From Eledone cirrhosa (taxonomy: Eukaryota): 64,000 nucleotides of DNA. Every line of letters starts with the position of its first letter. Within the stretch, counting starts at the first letter, position 1. A model generated the notes under the pieces. It was not told where the DNA came from and searched no databases. It saw nothing but the letters and a program-made list of their open reading frames with translations. The translations under genes were made by a program, and so were the position numbers. Positions 25,600 to 39,732 of the stretch are shown in pieces. The DNA lies in contig OZ024742.1 in assembly GCA_964016885.1 (NCBI GenBank), positions 110,484,001 through 110,548,000 on the forward strand, in the 5' to 3' direction.

Positions 25600-27720
25600 C
25601 CTATGACAGTGTAGCACATGGATGGATATTAGAAGCCCTAGAAATGTACGTGTTGGCATGACAAAATGGCGTACAACCCTCTTTTTAAACCATAATAAAG
25701 GAGTCATAAAGTCAGATAAGACTAAAATTAATTACGGAATATTCCAGGGTGACTCTCCCTCCCCTCAATTCGTTTGTCGTTTGCTTTTCTTCAATATGAA
25801 GTGAGTTCAATAACACAGGATACGGGTATAAGATGAACAGCAACAACAAGGTCATTAACCATTTGTTTTTTTATGGATGATTAAATGTTAGTACTTTTAA
25901 TAAATGTCAAGCAATTTAACAATAACAATAACAATAACAATTTAACAATAACATTAGCATGAATTTGGTCTTGACAAATGTGCCAAAGCAACATTTAAAA
26001 GAGGAAAGCTAACAAAAACATCATCTGTTAAACTCGATATAGATACAACCATACATGAGTTAGACCAAGACGGTACCTATAAATATCTTGGCATAAACGA
26101 AGGTGATGGAGTTAAACACATGTGAATGAGAAAATACGGAAATAATATTACTGAAGGGTCAGGCTGATCCTGAAAACTGAACTAAATTCTAAAAACAGTT
26201 TTTAGGCTATACACAACTTAGCTCTACCAGTGGTACGATAGAGTTACAGCACCATCAATTAGAACTTATCTGATCTTCAAAGAAAGGAGTCCAAAATTCG
26301 AAAAGTCATTACAGCCAACAAAATGCATCACCCCAAGGCAGACGTAGATCTCCTATATTTGACCAGACACGAAGGGGGAAGAGGACTAATCCAACTGGAA
26401 TTGTCATACAACATAGCTATAATAGGCTTACAAAGTACCTAGAAAGCACCAGTGAATGCATGATGGTGTTAGTAACATATTTTGAAAATCAAAAGACACT
26501 CCATTCAGTACTCAAAGAGGCAGGGAAGTACAAGAAAGATCTAAAACCTGATGACACAGCTAAATAAGGAAACTGACCTAATTCCAACTGAGGCAGCAAA
26601 CATCCACAGAAGCAAGTCAAAACTAGAAAGTCTAAACACATTTAGAGAAAGATGGCAACAAAAACCTCTGCATGGCCAATTCCCACTTTGCACCCAAGAC
26701 GATGTAGATCAAGCATAAACCCATCACTGGCTGCGAAGTTCGGGATTAAAAGCTGAAGCAGAAGGCTTTATTTTTGCTGTCCAGGACCAGAGCCTCTTTA
26801 CTAGGAATTACCAGGCAAATACTCTCAGAAATGGATCAGTCCCCAAATGCAGGATATATGACGTAGAGCTTGAACGCTTTGACAATATAATATCAAGATA
26901 TCCCACACGAGCACCAACTAAATATAAGATTAGACATGATATGATGGGGCAATATTTCCACTGGATAATATGCAGAAAATACAATGCAGAACATGCAGAA
27001 AACTGGTATGAACACAAACAACAACCGGCTGGTAACTGACTATGAAGCAGCAACAATCATTTGGGATTTTACCATTTACACAAATCGCACTTTTAATGCA
27101 AACTGCCCTGATATTATTATTTAAAATTTTAAAAAACAAGACCTGCTTACTCACTGACACAAATGTAATGTATAATAGAAATGTGTCAGGAAAAGAGTAT
27201 GAGAAACTTGCTAAATATAAAAATCTAGAAATTAAGATAAACAGAATGTAGCACCTTAAAATAAAAAAAAATATTCCAGTAGTGATAGGAGCTCTAGGTG
27301 TCATAAAAAAAGGCGTTCAAAAGTTTCAAGAAGCCGTATCTGGTAAACCTAGCATATATGAAATCCAAAAGATATTTCTAACAAGTACCGTCCACATACT
27401 TCGTAAAGATTTGTCTTTATAATATTTGTCAGCACACAATCTTTTTTGTTTTGTTTAGAAATTTAATTAATATTTAATACACTTAAAATATCCTTAATGC
27501 AAAATTAATTCATATTTTTTATACTTCTTTTTATCCCCTCCTACTCCTACCTTTTATATTTTCTCTTTCTTTTTTTCATTTTATTTTATTTACCAATCAA
27601 GCTTTGCAATGAACACTTTAAAACACTTTAAAACAGTCAAAACAACGATACCTACTCCAAGTATCTGCTTGATACTCGGTAGTCATTGGACAAAGGAAAA
27701 GAAATAAAGGAAAGGAAAAT
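25600..27720 (+). mobile_element. R4/Dong-type LINE (RT + restriction-like endonuclease), old and decayed
   Basis: GIFQGDSPSP, FMDD, DKCAKATFKRGK, YKYLG, MHHPKADVD..GGRGL, RHD..HW, IWDF..PDI, PVVIGALG. Confidence 0.85.
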
Positions 27721-27721
27721 A

Positions 27722-27833
<112 letters not shown>

Positions 27834-28680
27834 CTACATGTTCCACAAGAGGAGTGATGTTGATAGGCTATACTTAAAGAGATCTGAAGGTGGAAGGGTC
27901 TTATCACCATAGAGGACTGTGTTCAGATGGCGAAAAACAGTCTTCACATGTATGTGTCTGACAGTAGGGATGTCCAAGGGGATGTCCAAGGAAGAAATAA
28001 CAACAAGGAAGAAGAGCAACCTTCATGAAAAATCCCTTCATAGCACCTTCTTTAAGAAAACGAAATTCAGAGATCCACAGACATGGAACTGGTTAAAAAG
28101 AGGAGACATTAAAAAAGCTACAGCAGGAATGCTAATGGCTGCGCAAGAGCAAACCCTCAGAACAAAGTGGGTGAAACACCATATTGACTAGGAGGAGGCT
28201 AGCTCACTGTGTGGGATCTGTGGAGAGAGAGAGGAGACTGTGATCATTAGAACACAATAGGCCTGAACTGGTGGTTTTGGACAAGGAAAAAAGATCGTGC
28301 CTGATTGTAGATGTAGCCTTCCCATTTGACACGAGAGTGCAAGAAAAGGAGAGGGAGAAAGCTAACCGATACCAGGAATTAAAGTGGGAGTTAAAAGGGA
28401 TTTGGAACTGTCATGAACTCAGAGTCGTCCCGATTGTCATAGGCGCAATAGGTACTATCTCAAAGAGTTTCCAAGGATGGTTAAAGAAAGTTAGTCCAGC
28501 CGCACTTTTTGGAACACTTCAAAAGGCATGCTTGCTGGGAACAGCAAGAACCCTCCGATACGTCCTGAATATCTGAGGCTGCAGGTAGCAGCTTGATATT
28601 ATTTTCAACAAACTTTCCAGTTAAATAACATCAATGACTGTGACTCAAAGAACAATAATAATAATAATAATAATAATAAT
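27834..28680 (+). mobile_element. 5'-truncated, internally deleted Dong-type copy
   Basis: Homologous to 31638-32735 including 3' UTR; (TAA)n on both sides. Confidence 0.9.
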
Positions 28681-29059
28681 TATTATTATACGATCACAGT
28701 AATACGATCACATCACCACCACCACTGCCTCAGTATCGCTACCGCCGCTATTCTCTCCCATTACCTCCTGCTGCTAGCACAGCAACGCCACCACATTGTA
28801 GAATTCCTACTAAAAAAGAGGAAGGCATCAAAATATATATATAGACTCAAAAGGAAAAACAAAAATCAAAATCAAAGCAGCACAGCCACAAAAAAAAAAA
28901 AAAAAGCAGACAAAAAAAACAAAAACAAAAAACGTAAAGAAAATAAGAATGAAGAGAGAAACAAACGGACGGACAGAGAAGGGAAGGGAAAAACTAAGTC
29001 AGACATTCGAACACTACATTACAATGAAACTTATGCTTATTCATTTTTGGGGTTTTTTC

Positions 29060-32000
29060 TGCCTGTTTGTTTGTTTGTTTATTTGTGTTCGTCTACAGCG
29101 TGATAATGCCACACAAGAGCCACGTGGAGTGACGCAACCACCGGAGACGGTGAATCCACAGGTGGTTATGTAACCATACATTCGCCAATCCTCGATAAGA
29201 GTGTTTAAACTAAACAGTTCGAATAACGGTGAAATGGAGACTAGAACGTCATGTGACAGACTCTCACCCAACAGGTGCTCCCTGGCTCAGCAGCAGGGGC
29301 CTGGCTGTCAACCAAATACAGCTGGTGTCGGAGGAAGAAGAAGAAGGAAAGGGACCAGAACCAACTGGACGAAAGAATTGAATAGAACTGTTATTCAATG
29401 TTACCTGAAAAGTAACCCCAAGGAGAGGGGCTATAGGAGACGGATGCATAACATCTGGAACGAGATTGGTCTATTTAAATTAGATGAACAAAAATTGGCC
29501 GGGCAGGCTCGGGTAATAAGAACTAATGGGTGGATAAGCGAGCTGGAACTGGAAGAACTGAGCAGAGAGATTAGCTTGGAGATGGAGGGTGGAGTATGCC
29601 AGGCAAACGAGCCAGTGGGAAATGAAGGTGAAGAGGTCGAGAGAATGGAGGAACCACCCGAAGCAGACAATGATCTGAATACTGAGATAAATAATACCTG
29701 GAACAGAGAAACGGCCACTGAGGAGATGAATGCTGACGGGCTAGGACAAGATTTGGTTGACATCCTAAATTTAGTGGTAGATGAATTGAACAATGATAGT
29801 GGGAGACCTATGAACCTAAGATTTGTAGACAGGAAAAAGTTAAAAGAAGCAACAGCTAAGGTAAACAAAGTCATCCCATACCTTGAGGCGAGGAGCCTTC
29901 ACCAGTGCAACAATATCCTCAAAGCAACAGCAAATACGGTGAGGAAACTACTTGGTATAAAAACGAGAGGAAACAACAGACAAGAAAGAGCAGAGCCTTG
30001 GTGGAAGAAACGACTGAGTGGTCAAATCAGGGAAATGAGAAATGACATTGGAAAGCTTGAGTCACTACTGAATGGGACACTAAAAAACATAGACACTAAA
30101 AATAGACTGGAAATAAAGTACAAAACTAGGAGGAAAAAGCTAAATATTATCATAGAGGAACTGAAGCAATGCATTGTAGCAAAGAGTGCAAAAATCAGGC
30201 GATACGAGTACAGAGTTAGTCAGTATAAACAGAGCCGCATGTTCGACAACAACCAGAAGATGCTGTTTGGACAGCTTGAGGGGAAAGAAAGAGGCAACGA
30301 CTTGATCCCCGAGGCGGAACAAACTAAAACATTCTGGAGAGGAATATGGGAGTAGGATGTTAGATATAATGACCAGGCAGTGTGGATTGAGACAGTACAG
30401 AAGGAGATCGGTGAACAGGCACACCAACAAACTGATTTGAGTATCACAGTTGAAACTCTTAAGGGGCAGGCCAAAAAACTAACCAACTGGAAATCACCAG
30501 GCCCAGATGGTGTGCAGGGGTATTGGATTAAAAATATAACATCCCTCCACCCGAAACTGACAACCATGTTCAATGACTGCTTGATGTCAGGTGAGGTACC
30601 AGAGTGGTTGACAAAAGTTACCACAGTTCTGATAATGAAAGACCGAATCAAAGGTAATGATGTTACCAACTATAGACCTATCACATGTCTGTCCGTAATG
30701 TGGAAACTGTTGACGAGCATTGTGTCTGAGGAAATCTACCATCACCTCCACACAAACAACTTGTTACCGGACGAACAGAAAGGATGCCGAAAGAAGTCAC
30801 GTGGTACAAAGGACCAGTTACTTATTGATAAGATGGTAATGGGGAATTGCAGGAGGAGACACACTGATCTTGCCATGGGATGGATAGATTACAGAAAGGC
30901 ATTTGACATGGTGCCTCATTCTTGGATCACCAAAAGCCTGGAGATCTTCAAGGTGGCAGATAACATCAGACAGTTGTTGGGCAAAAGTATGAGGTCCTGG
31001 GAAACAGAGTTGACATCAACTGGAGAATCCTTGGGAAGCTTGAAGATCAAGAGAGGTATCTTCCAGGGAGATAGCCTGTCCCCTCTGCTGTTTGTCCTTG
31101 CCCTGATGCCCCTGACCAGTGTACTGCGAAAAGTGAGAGCAGGATACAGGTTGGGAAAGGGAGGGCTTACCATCAATCACCTCCTCTTCATGGACGATCT
31201 TAAGCTCTTCGGGAAGAGTGAGAAGGAGTTGGATGTGCTTGTTGACACTGTCCGTATTTTCAGCAGTGATATATCTATGCAGTTTGGTATTAGTAAGTGT
31301 GGATTCATTGTGATGAAGAGGGGTAGGTTGAGCAGAAGTAACGGAATCCAGATACCAACAGGTGAGATGATAAAGGAAATTGACTCTGAGGAAGGATACA
31401 AGTATTTGGGCGTTCTGGAGGCTGATGGCATAAAGAACAAAAAAATGAAGGAATTGTTAAGAAGTGAATACATTCGGAGAGTAAGGAGCGTATTGAAGTC
31501 ACATCTGAACAGCAGAAATGCCATAAGCGCAGTAAATTCCCGAGCTGTGTCTATTATTAGGTACAGTGCGGGAATCCTGAGATGGAATGTTGCTGAACAA
31601 AAAGAAATGGATAGGAAGACTAGGAAGCTATTGACTATCTACAACATGTTTCACAAGAGGAGTGATGTCGATAGACTCTACTGAAGGAGATCTGAGGGTG
31701 GAAGAGGTCTTATCAGCATAGAGGACTGTGTTCAGATGGAGAAAAACAACCTACACAAATACGTGACTGATAGTAAGGAGCCAATGCTCAGAACTGTACT
31801 GAAGGAGGGGACAATAGGCCAGGGGATGTCCAAGGAGGAAATAACATCAAGGAGAAAGAGCAGCCTTCAGGAAAAATCCCTTCATAGTACCTTCTTTGAG
31901 AAAACTGAATTTAGAGATCCACAGACATGGAACTGGTTGAGAAGAGGAGATCTTAAAAAGGCTACAGAAGGAATGTTAATGGCTGCGCAGGAGCAGGCCC

Positions 32001-32735
32001 TCAAAACGAAGTGGTTGAAACACCATATTTACAAGGAGGAGGCTAGCCCACTGTGCAGGATCTGTGGAGAGAGAGAGGAGACTGTGGCTCACATTGTATC
32101 CGAGTGTAAACACCTAGCCCAGACCCACTATAAGGGCTGGAGACATGATGTGATGGGCAGGGTGATCCACTGGCACCTGTGCAAAGTAAACAATTTACCA
32201 CATTCTGAGAAATGGTATGAGCATAAGCCAGAGGCGGTGTTAGAGAACGATCAGGTGAAGGTGCTGTGGGATTTTAGGATACAGACGGACAAGAAACTGG
32301 AACACAATAGACCTGACCTGGTGGTTGTGGACAAAGAAAAAAGATCGTGTCTGATTGTGGATGTGGCCTGCCCATTCGACACGAGACTGCAAGAGAAGGA
32401 GAGGGAGAAAATTAACCGATACCAGGACTTAAAGTGGGAGGTAAAAAGGATTTGGAACTGCCATGAAGTCAAAGTGATCCCGATTGTCATAGGCGCACTG
32501 GAGACTATCTCCAAAAGTTTCCAGGGATGGTTAAAGAAAATCGGCCCCTTCACGCTTTTTGGAACGCTTCAAAAGGCATGCTTGCTGGGAACAGCAAGAA
32601 CCCTCCGATACGTCCTGAATATCTGAGGCTGCAGGTAGTGGCTTGATATTCATTCCAACGGACTTTCCAGTTAACTAACATCAATGACTGAGACTCAAGG
32701 AATAACGACAACAATAATAATTATAATAATAATGA
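29060..32735 (+). mobile_element. Near full-length R4/Dong-type non-LTR retrotransposon
   Basis: Single reading frame with RT (KSPGPDG, YRPITCL, DYRKAFD, QGDSLSP, FMDD), CCHC finger and RLE (RHD, RPDL, KINRY); TAA-rich tail. Confidence 0.95.
29234..32626 (+). pseudogene. Dong ORF (~1130 codons) with two in-frame stops
   Basis: ORFs 29201-30355, 30380-31684 and 31736-32626 share one frame; TAG 30353-30355, TGA 31682-31684. Confidence 0.92.
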
Positions 32736-32758
32736 TTTCTTTATTGGCCACAAGGGCT

Positions 32759-35700
32759 GTCAGCATACACCAGAAGCACGGCACTTCACTAAATACATCA
32801 TGAAATATAATTCTGCCTTTCAAATGACATCTTTTGGGGCTGACAGGAATGTGACTGATTTTAGATTCTGTACAACTTATAAAATTCAGGGACAGTGTTA
32901 CCACTTAATGGGTGGCCTTCTGCCACTGTCACAGGAGCCTCACAAATTTGTACAGGTTTACTTCATGGGTGGAAATGAAACACAGGCACAACAAAGATCT
33001 ACCAATGTCCATGGTGGATTGCAGTTCTACATAGTCATAAAGTTACAAGAAATGCTTCACCAACATCACATGTACGTCAGTGTATTTAAATATGCACTGG
33101 AGCATATGAACAACATCAGAGATCGTAAAATGATCATTAGGGCAGAGAAACGCCCAGCTTCAGAACATGAACGCAGATTCAATGCACCTGTCACTGATGA
33201 AGTTGCAATCATAATGGTTGATGAACAGCATGAACGACGTGACATTGTTTTGCAAAAACGAAGTAGACATTTGGAGCGAATTTGTGAAACTCATAGAGCC
33301 TATGATTCACTCCAATATCCGCTCATCTTTTGGAATGGTCAAGATGGATATCATTTTCAGCTACGCCATATCAACCCAGAACGGGACAAGAAACTGGCAG
33401 ATCAATCAGCTACAAAGAATTCTATGCTTATCATTTCATGGTACGTGACCACTTCAACCAAGTTCAGCGATTCAAAGAAGTAACCAGCCAGTTCATGGTG
33501 GACATGTATGCCAACATTGAAACAGAAAGATTGGGTTTTCTGCGAAGGAATCAAACTAAGTTGAGGGCAGATAACTACATCCACCTTAGAGATGTCATCA
33601 ATCCTGATGTTGACCCAAGAAATATTGGCCAGCCAGTCATACTACCATCAAGCTTCACGGGAGGACCACGTTACATGCATGAACGTACGCAAGATGCAAT
33701 GGCCTATGTCAGAAAATTTGGTCGGCCAGATCTCTTCATTACATTTACATGCAATTCAAACTGGTCAGAAATATCATATGAATTATTCCAAAATCAAAAA
33801 CCAAAGGATCGGGTTTTCCATGTAAAGCAAAAGAATCTCATCTGGCTCCTAAAAGAAGGAAGAATCTTTGGTGGGCTTAGTGCTTGGATGACCACAATTG
33901 AGTGGCAGAAGAGAGGTCTTCACTCTCACACACTAATCTGGTGCAAGGAGAAGATAAGACCAGATGATGTTGATAAGATCATTTCAGCAGAGTTGCCTTA
34001 TAAAGGTGGTAATCCTGAGCTCTTTGAAATCATCAAGTCCAAACTCATTCATGGTCCATGTGGAGTCATCAATCCAGCCTCTCCCTGCATGAAAGATAAA
34101 CAATGCAGCAAATATTATCCTAGAGCTTTTATTCGGGAAGCTCGGACTGACAATAATGGATACCCCCTTTATCGTAGGCGTAGACCAGAACATGGAGGCA
34201 ATACTGCAAGCCTAACAGTTCGCGGAGAGGAGCTGACCATAAACAATCAGTGGGTCGTTCCCCACAACAAATTGTTGTGTAAACTTTTAAAAGCTCATAT
34301 CAATGTTGAGTATTGCAGCTCCGTCAAGCCAATCCTATATGTCACAAAATATATCAACAAGGGCAGTGACATGGCTACCTTTATTACTGACAAAGAACTC
34401 AATGATGGTGAGCTGGATGAGGTCAAACGGTATCAAACAAGTCGATACATCTCTAGCAATGAAGCTATCAGCCGAATCTTTGGATTTGATATCCACCAAC
34501 GCCACCCAACAGTGGTCAATCTCGCAGTCCATCTGGAAAATGGACAGAGAGTGTACTTCACTAAGATCACTGCTCATCAGTTGGCACAAGTATCACATGA
34601 CACCACACTAACTGCTTTCTTTCAACTCTGCCAGAATGACGAATTTGCTCGATCCCTCCTATATGCTGAAGTCCCAACATACTACACGTGGACCAATTGC
34701 AAGACATGGAATCGAAGAAAGCAGGGTCATTTAGTGGAAGGTCATGAAGTCAAGTCAAGTGATGCTATTGGGCGTGTTTACAATGTCCATCCCAACAACA
34801 GAGAATGTTTTTATTTACGGCTACTTCTGCATACTTTTCGAGGACCAACGTCATTTGAGGATCTTAGACGCTTCAGAGGAAGGGAGTGCGCAACATACCA
34901 AGAAGCATGTAAACAGCATGTAGTCCTGCATGACAATGGACACTGGAAGAAGTGCCTAGAAGAAGCAGCAATCACTCAAGTAGCCAGTCAAATAAGACAA
35001 TTATTTGCTATTATGCTCACAGCATGTGGAATTGATGAAGCTCATCTACTCTGGTAGGAGTACAAAAACAATATGTCGGACGATTATCTACATCTAGCCC
35101 GAAGACATCATGGCAATATGTATATGGAATATACCCCCAGGATTTACAATCAAGCTATCTGTGACCTGTCCCATCGAGTTCAGGCAATGAATAGCACATT
35201 AGCTAACTGCGGGATGCCAGAGCCAGATGAAGAAATGGAGGTAGCACAAGACATTTTTCAGGAGACAAACTACGATATTCAAGCATTGTGTAAGTTTGTG
35301 GATGAAAATGAACCTCGATTGATGGATGACCAGAAATACGCCTACCACAACATCATCGAAAACGTTCAAAATGACAAGGGAGGACTTTTCTTCATCGATG
35401 CTCCTGCTGGCACAGGCAAGACATTCCTCATAAACTTTCTGCTTGCAAAAGTTCGCCAAAAGCAACATATTGCCCTTGCAGCAACACTTCGGGATGGAGG
35501 AAGAACTGCACACTCCATGTTTAAGCTGCCCATAGATCTCACGGCATGAACAATCTTTTTGCAACATCAAGAAGAACTCACCCAAGGACAAGCTTCTGCA
35601 AACATGCATGATAATTTGGGATGAAGCTACTATGAGCCATAAAGGAGCAATTGAAGCTTTGGACCGGACGATAAGAGATCTGAGAGAAAATAGTTGCATA

Positions 35701-37575
35701 ATGGGAGGAGTGACAATGGTTCTTGCTGGTGATTTCAGACAAACTCTGCCTGTAATTCTTCGAGGGACTCGAGCTGATCAGGTCAATGCCTGTCTGAAAA
35801 CATCCTATCTCTGGCCCCACTTTCAGCTGCTGAGCCTTACAACCAACATGCGAGTGCACTTAACTGGTGACAAAGGTGTCAGTGAGTTTGCCATCCAACT
35901 ATTTAAAATGGGAAATGGACTTCTTGAAAAGGACTCCAATGACCATATTCAGTTGTCATTTGGCCATATCCTTGACACAGAACAAGAACTGATTGCCAGA
36001 GTGTTTCCAAACATTCAGACCAGGCAATGTGATCCGAAATCTTAGCACCTAAAAATGTTGCTGTGAGAGAAATCAACAGAAGGCTGCTGGAAATGTTACC
36101 GGGAGAGAAAATATGCTACAAATCAGTTGACACAATCACTTCTCAAGACCAAGTTGTAAACTATCCAACTGAATTTTTGAACAGTCTTGAACAAGCGGGA
36201 ATTCCTCCACACAACCTGATACTGAAGCTTGGAGCATCGGTTATGCTACTTCGCAATCTGGATCCTCCAAAACTTTGTAATGGCACAAGACTCATCATCA
36301 AATATATGATGTCCAATGTTCTAGAAGTTGCAATCATGTCAGGAAAATTTGCTCGTGACAATTGTTTCATTCCCAGAATACGTCTGAAGCCAACTGATTT
36401 GCCATTTGAATTTCAAAGACTTCAATTTCCGATCAGGCTCAGTTTTGCCATGACCATTAATAAATCTCAAGGGCAATCATTGAAAGTCGTTGGGTTGAAT
36501 CTGGAATATCCTGTCTTTTCACACGGTCAACTCTATGTTGGCACAACAAGGGTTGGGAACCCTGGTTGTCTCTTCATTGTGGCACCACAGCGCAAAACCA
36601 AGAATGTTGTTTATCCAGAGGCTTTGGAATGAGCAATGTCGTAATTCTTCATTCAATGACAATACGCACAGATCCTAATTCCTTAGTCATGTAGTTTGCA
36701 AGGAATTCTGAAGCCGCAAATTTACTGCATGGTGTTACTTTGGAAGAATATGCAGGCATTCTCGGGTACCTCTGATATATAAAGCAGTATAAGTGAGGAC
36801 TTTGTTGGGTAGAAATAACAGCCAAATTTCCTTCAAATCCCACCTTACTTTCTCAGGTATGTATGAATAAAAAAGGAAAGGTTCTATGTGATAACTCGAT
36901 CTACTAGAAATATTAACAAAATCCATTTCAAATCACAAACAACTGTCTTACACACATACATGTGTGTGTGTGTATTTATGTATGTCACGTGAGCCACTAT
37001 AACTGTTGGTTTAGCTAATAGAAATAGAAAACAAATCTCCCTCAAACAAGATCCTACTGCCATAGAGGCAAAGATTGGTGAAAGCTACAGTGTACACATT
37101 TAAATACACTTTCCCCGAATTACAGAAATGAGTAAGTAAATGCTTCATTCATTCATAAACTAATGCTAAATATATTTTATTATTTTATTTATGTTTTTTA
37201 AAATAGTCTTTACATGCTGTTTGAATTTCAGAAGTTCAGATTGAGCAAAAATAAAAAAAAAAGAAAGAAAAAGATAAATAAAAAAAATCTAAATGTATTT
37301 TTTTGGTCATGCACTGACAACATACCTAATGATTCATATATGAGTGAAGCATTATATATGCTGACTGAGCAGTATTAAAAAAATCACCACTGGAAAAAAC
37401 TAATATTTTTATCTAAATGATTTACTTTGACCAAACGGCAATAAATATTCTACTATAATTCCTACTTTGGTTAAAATTCAGCAATCGTATTTCAACGGTC
37501 AAATATTTTGTAATGTGTGCCAAATATATTGTAACTTTCATAAAATACCCGGGTATCACCGGGTAGCTCAGCTAG
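32759..37575 (+). mobile_element. Helitron, Rep/helicase part and 3' end
   Basis: Rep motifs FITFTCN, EWQKRGLHSH, YVTKYINKG; PIF1-type helicase APAGTGKT, IIWDE, GDFRQ, TINKSQGQS, HGQLYV; 3' hairpin TACCCGG..CCGGGTA then CTAG|T. Confidence 0.95.
32761..36632 (+). pseudogene. Helitron RepHel transposase lacking N-terminus, several frameshifts/stops
   Basis: Collinear ORFs 32800-33483, 33330-35057, 35073-35549, 35608-36045, 36063-36632. Confidence 0.92.
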
Positions 37576-39420
37576 TATATATATAAATGCAAGTTTACGA
37601 TTCTGTGTGTCCGCCTAAACCTCGGAAACTACCGGACCAAACTCCTCAAAATTACATGTACATATTCACTATACACTCGGACAGGTAACGGTCGAAAAAG
37701 TGTTACTTTGCAAAGCAAGGAATTCATTCAAATTCAATTTATCTTATTTTCTAATGAATATCAAAAGAGATCCTCCATTTTGTTTTTTTATGTTCTCCAG
37801 TCTGTAGACAAGAGAGTGAGTTATGGGAGAGAGAAAGAGAGAGAGTAAGGGATGAGAGAGAAAGAGAGAGAGAGTGGGAGTTGGGAGAGAGAGAGTAAGG
37901 GGATGAGAGAGAAAGAGAGAAAGTGGATGGGAGAAAGAGTAAGGGGATGTGAGAGAGAAAGTTAGAGAGTAAGGGATGAGAGCGAGAGAGTGGGAGATGG
38001 GCGAGAGAGAGTAAGGGGATGTGAGAGAGAAAGAAATAAGAGAAGGATGAGAGAGAAAGACGATGAAAGAGAGAGAGGGAAAGTAACCAGCGTTCTTAAC
38101 TTTTATTTATTTATTATTTTTACACACTTTTTAACTCTCCCGCTTCCTTAAGGTTATTTATCTTTTCTTTATTTTTTCTTCTATATTCCGTAGAGAGAGG
38201 GGGGATGTAAGAGAGAAATAAAAAGAGAGAGAGTAATGGGATGGGAGAGAGAGAGAGGGAAAGTAGCCAGCGTTCATTAACTTTTATATATTTATTATTT
38301 TTACACACTTCTTAACTCTCCCAATGTTATTTATCTTTTATTTACTTTTTGTTTGCTATTGTGTGAGGCGGATGGTGAGAAAAAGACAATAAGAAAAGAG
38401 AAAAGATGGGAGAGAGAAAAAAAAGTAAAGAGGCAGGAGAGAGGGAGGGTGATTGGAGGGATTCTTTAACTAACGTGTGCCCGCGTTTATATATATATTT
38501 ACACACACATGTGTGTGTTATGGGGGGGGGGGGGGGCGTTCTTTAGCAGACGATATATGTTACCATCAAAGCTTATTTTCTACATATGTCTAAAGAAATC
38601 ACAGATGCTTTTATAGAAGTTGTATATATGTATGTATTTAGCAGACAAAAAAAAAGAAAAAGGTATTTTATGTCTAAAATTAATTACACCTAATATACAT
38701 TCATATAAGGAGATCATTTAAAACAACTTTACTGAGTGAACAATACATTCTATAGTTGTTTCTATTTCGGAAAGAGTGTGGTGTGTAATAATTGTTTCTA
38801 CTTTTGGTACAAGGCCAGCAATTATTCCAGTGCATTACTGGTACTTTATTTTATCGTGTGGTGTGTAATAATATCACTTCAAATGCTTAGAAAACGTTCC
38901 AGATCATTATATGGAAGGTCATCTTCAGAGGCTAAGAGAAAGAAAACAGCGATCTGAAAAAAGTTAAGAAGTTCGATATGCCCGTCTAGCTGTCTACAGA
39001 GCCCAAACAGCTTTAGCACGAGCATACCGTTTGGATAAAAGGGAACAAAAGACTGCTGCGACACGAGAACAACAAATTAAGGAACAGCAGCAAATCAGAT
39101 GAAATGCTAATCAAGCATATCGTTCTACTGCCCGAGCAGGAGAACAAACCACAAGTAAAATGAACTGGCTGATGGGTGCTTTTTCTTATGATCCCCCAAA
39201 AGAACTACAGCAGTAATCCACAAATCAACATTGGGAAAATGAACAAATGCTGCCAGTATTGTAGTGCCAAGAAGTGGGCAGCAGAAACACCAAGTTTATG
39301 CTGCTCAAAAGGCAAAATGAGCTTTAAAACAATACAAGAACCTCCTGAATTTCTGAAGAATCTGCTCCTTCAGCAGACACCAGAAGCACGACAGAGTTGC
39401 CTGATAAAGGTGGTGATCCA
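37576..39420 (+). mobile_element. Helitron 5' portion (left end, GA-rich leader, N-terminal Zn-finger)
   Basis: TATATATATAAATGC..CTGTGTGTCCG left-end-like start; MLRKRS..; IGKMNKCCQYCSAKKW..LCCSKGK..EPPEFLKNLL; ends in sequence matching 32761-32780 and 33988-34020. Confidence 0.85.
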
Positions 39421-39732
39421 GAGGTTTCATTCGCGTTTTGGAAATATCCGATCATGGATAAATTCACGAGTTTCGAAATCATTAGGAAACAAACTCAAAT
39501 GGACAAAGATTTTTCTTAAATGATCCCCGCCAGAAACGAATTCAAAATGGCTAAGAATTATCACATGGCCAGTGGTCAAGTTAGAAAGCTTGTGATTGGT
39601 GCCTGACGGCGAGTAGGTTGGTTGCTAGAAAGCGCAGCTGAATACTTGTCCAATTGAATTTGTTTCCTGATGATTTCGAAACTCGTGAATTTATCCATGA
39701 TCGGATATTTCCAAAATGCGAATGAAACCTCT
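39420..39732. mobile_element. MITE-like element with ~87-bp terminal inverted repeats
   Basis: AGAGGTTTCATTCGC...GGACAA pairs with TTGTCC...GCGAATGAAACCTCT; no clear TSD. Confidence 0.85.

Noticed and set aside
29090-29240. HDV-like ribozyme at the Dong 5' end
   Set aside because: TCCTCG and a possible P2 are present, but P1 and P1.1 could not be built.
30353-31684. Programmed readthrough or selenocysteine at the two in-frame stops of the Dong ORF
   Set aside because: The paralogue near 27873 has TTA (Leu) where this copy has TGA, and the other stop is TAG; both fit single point mutations.
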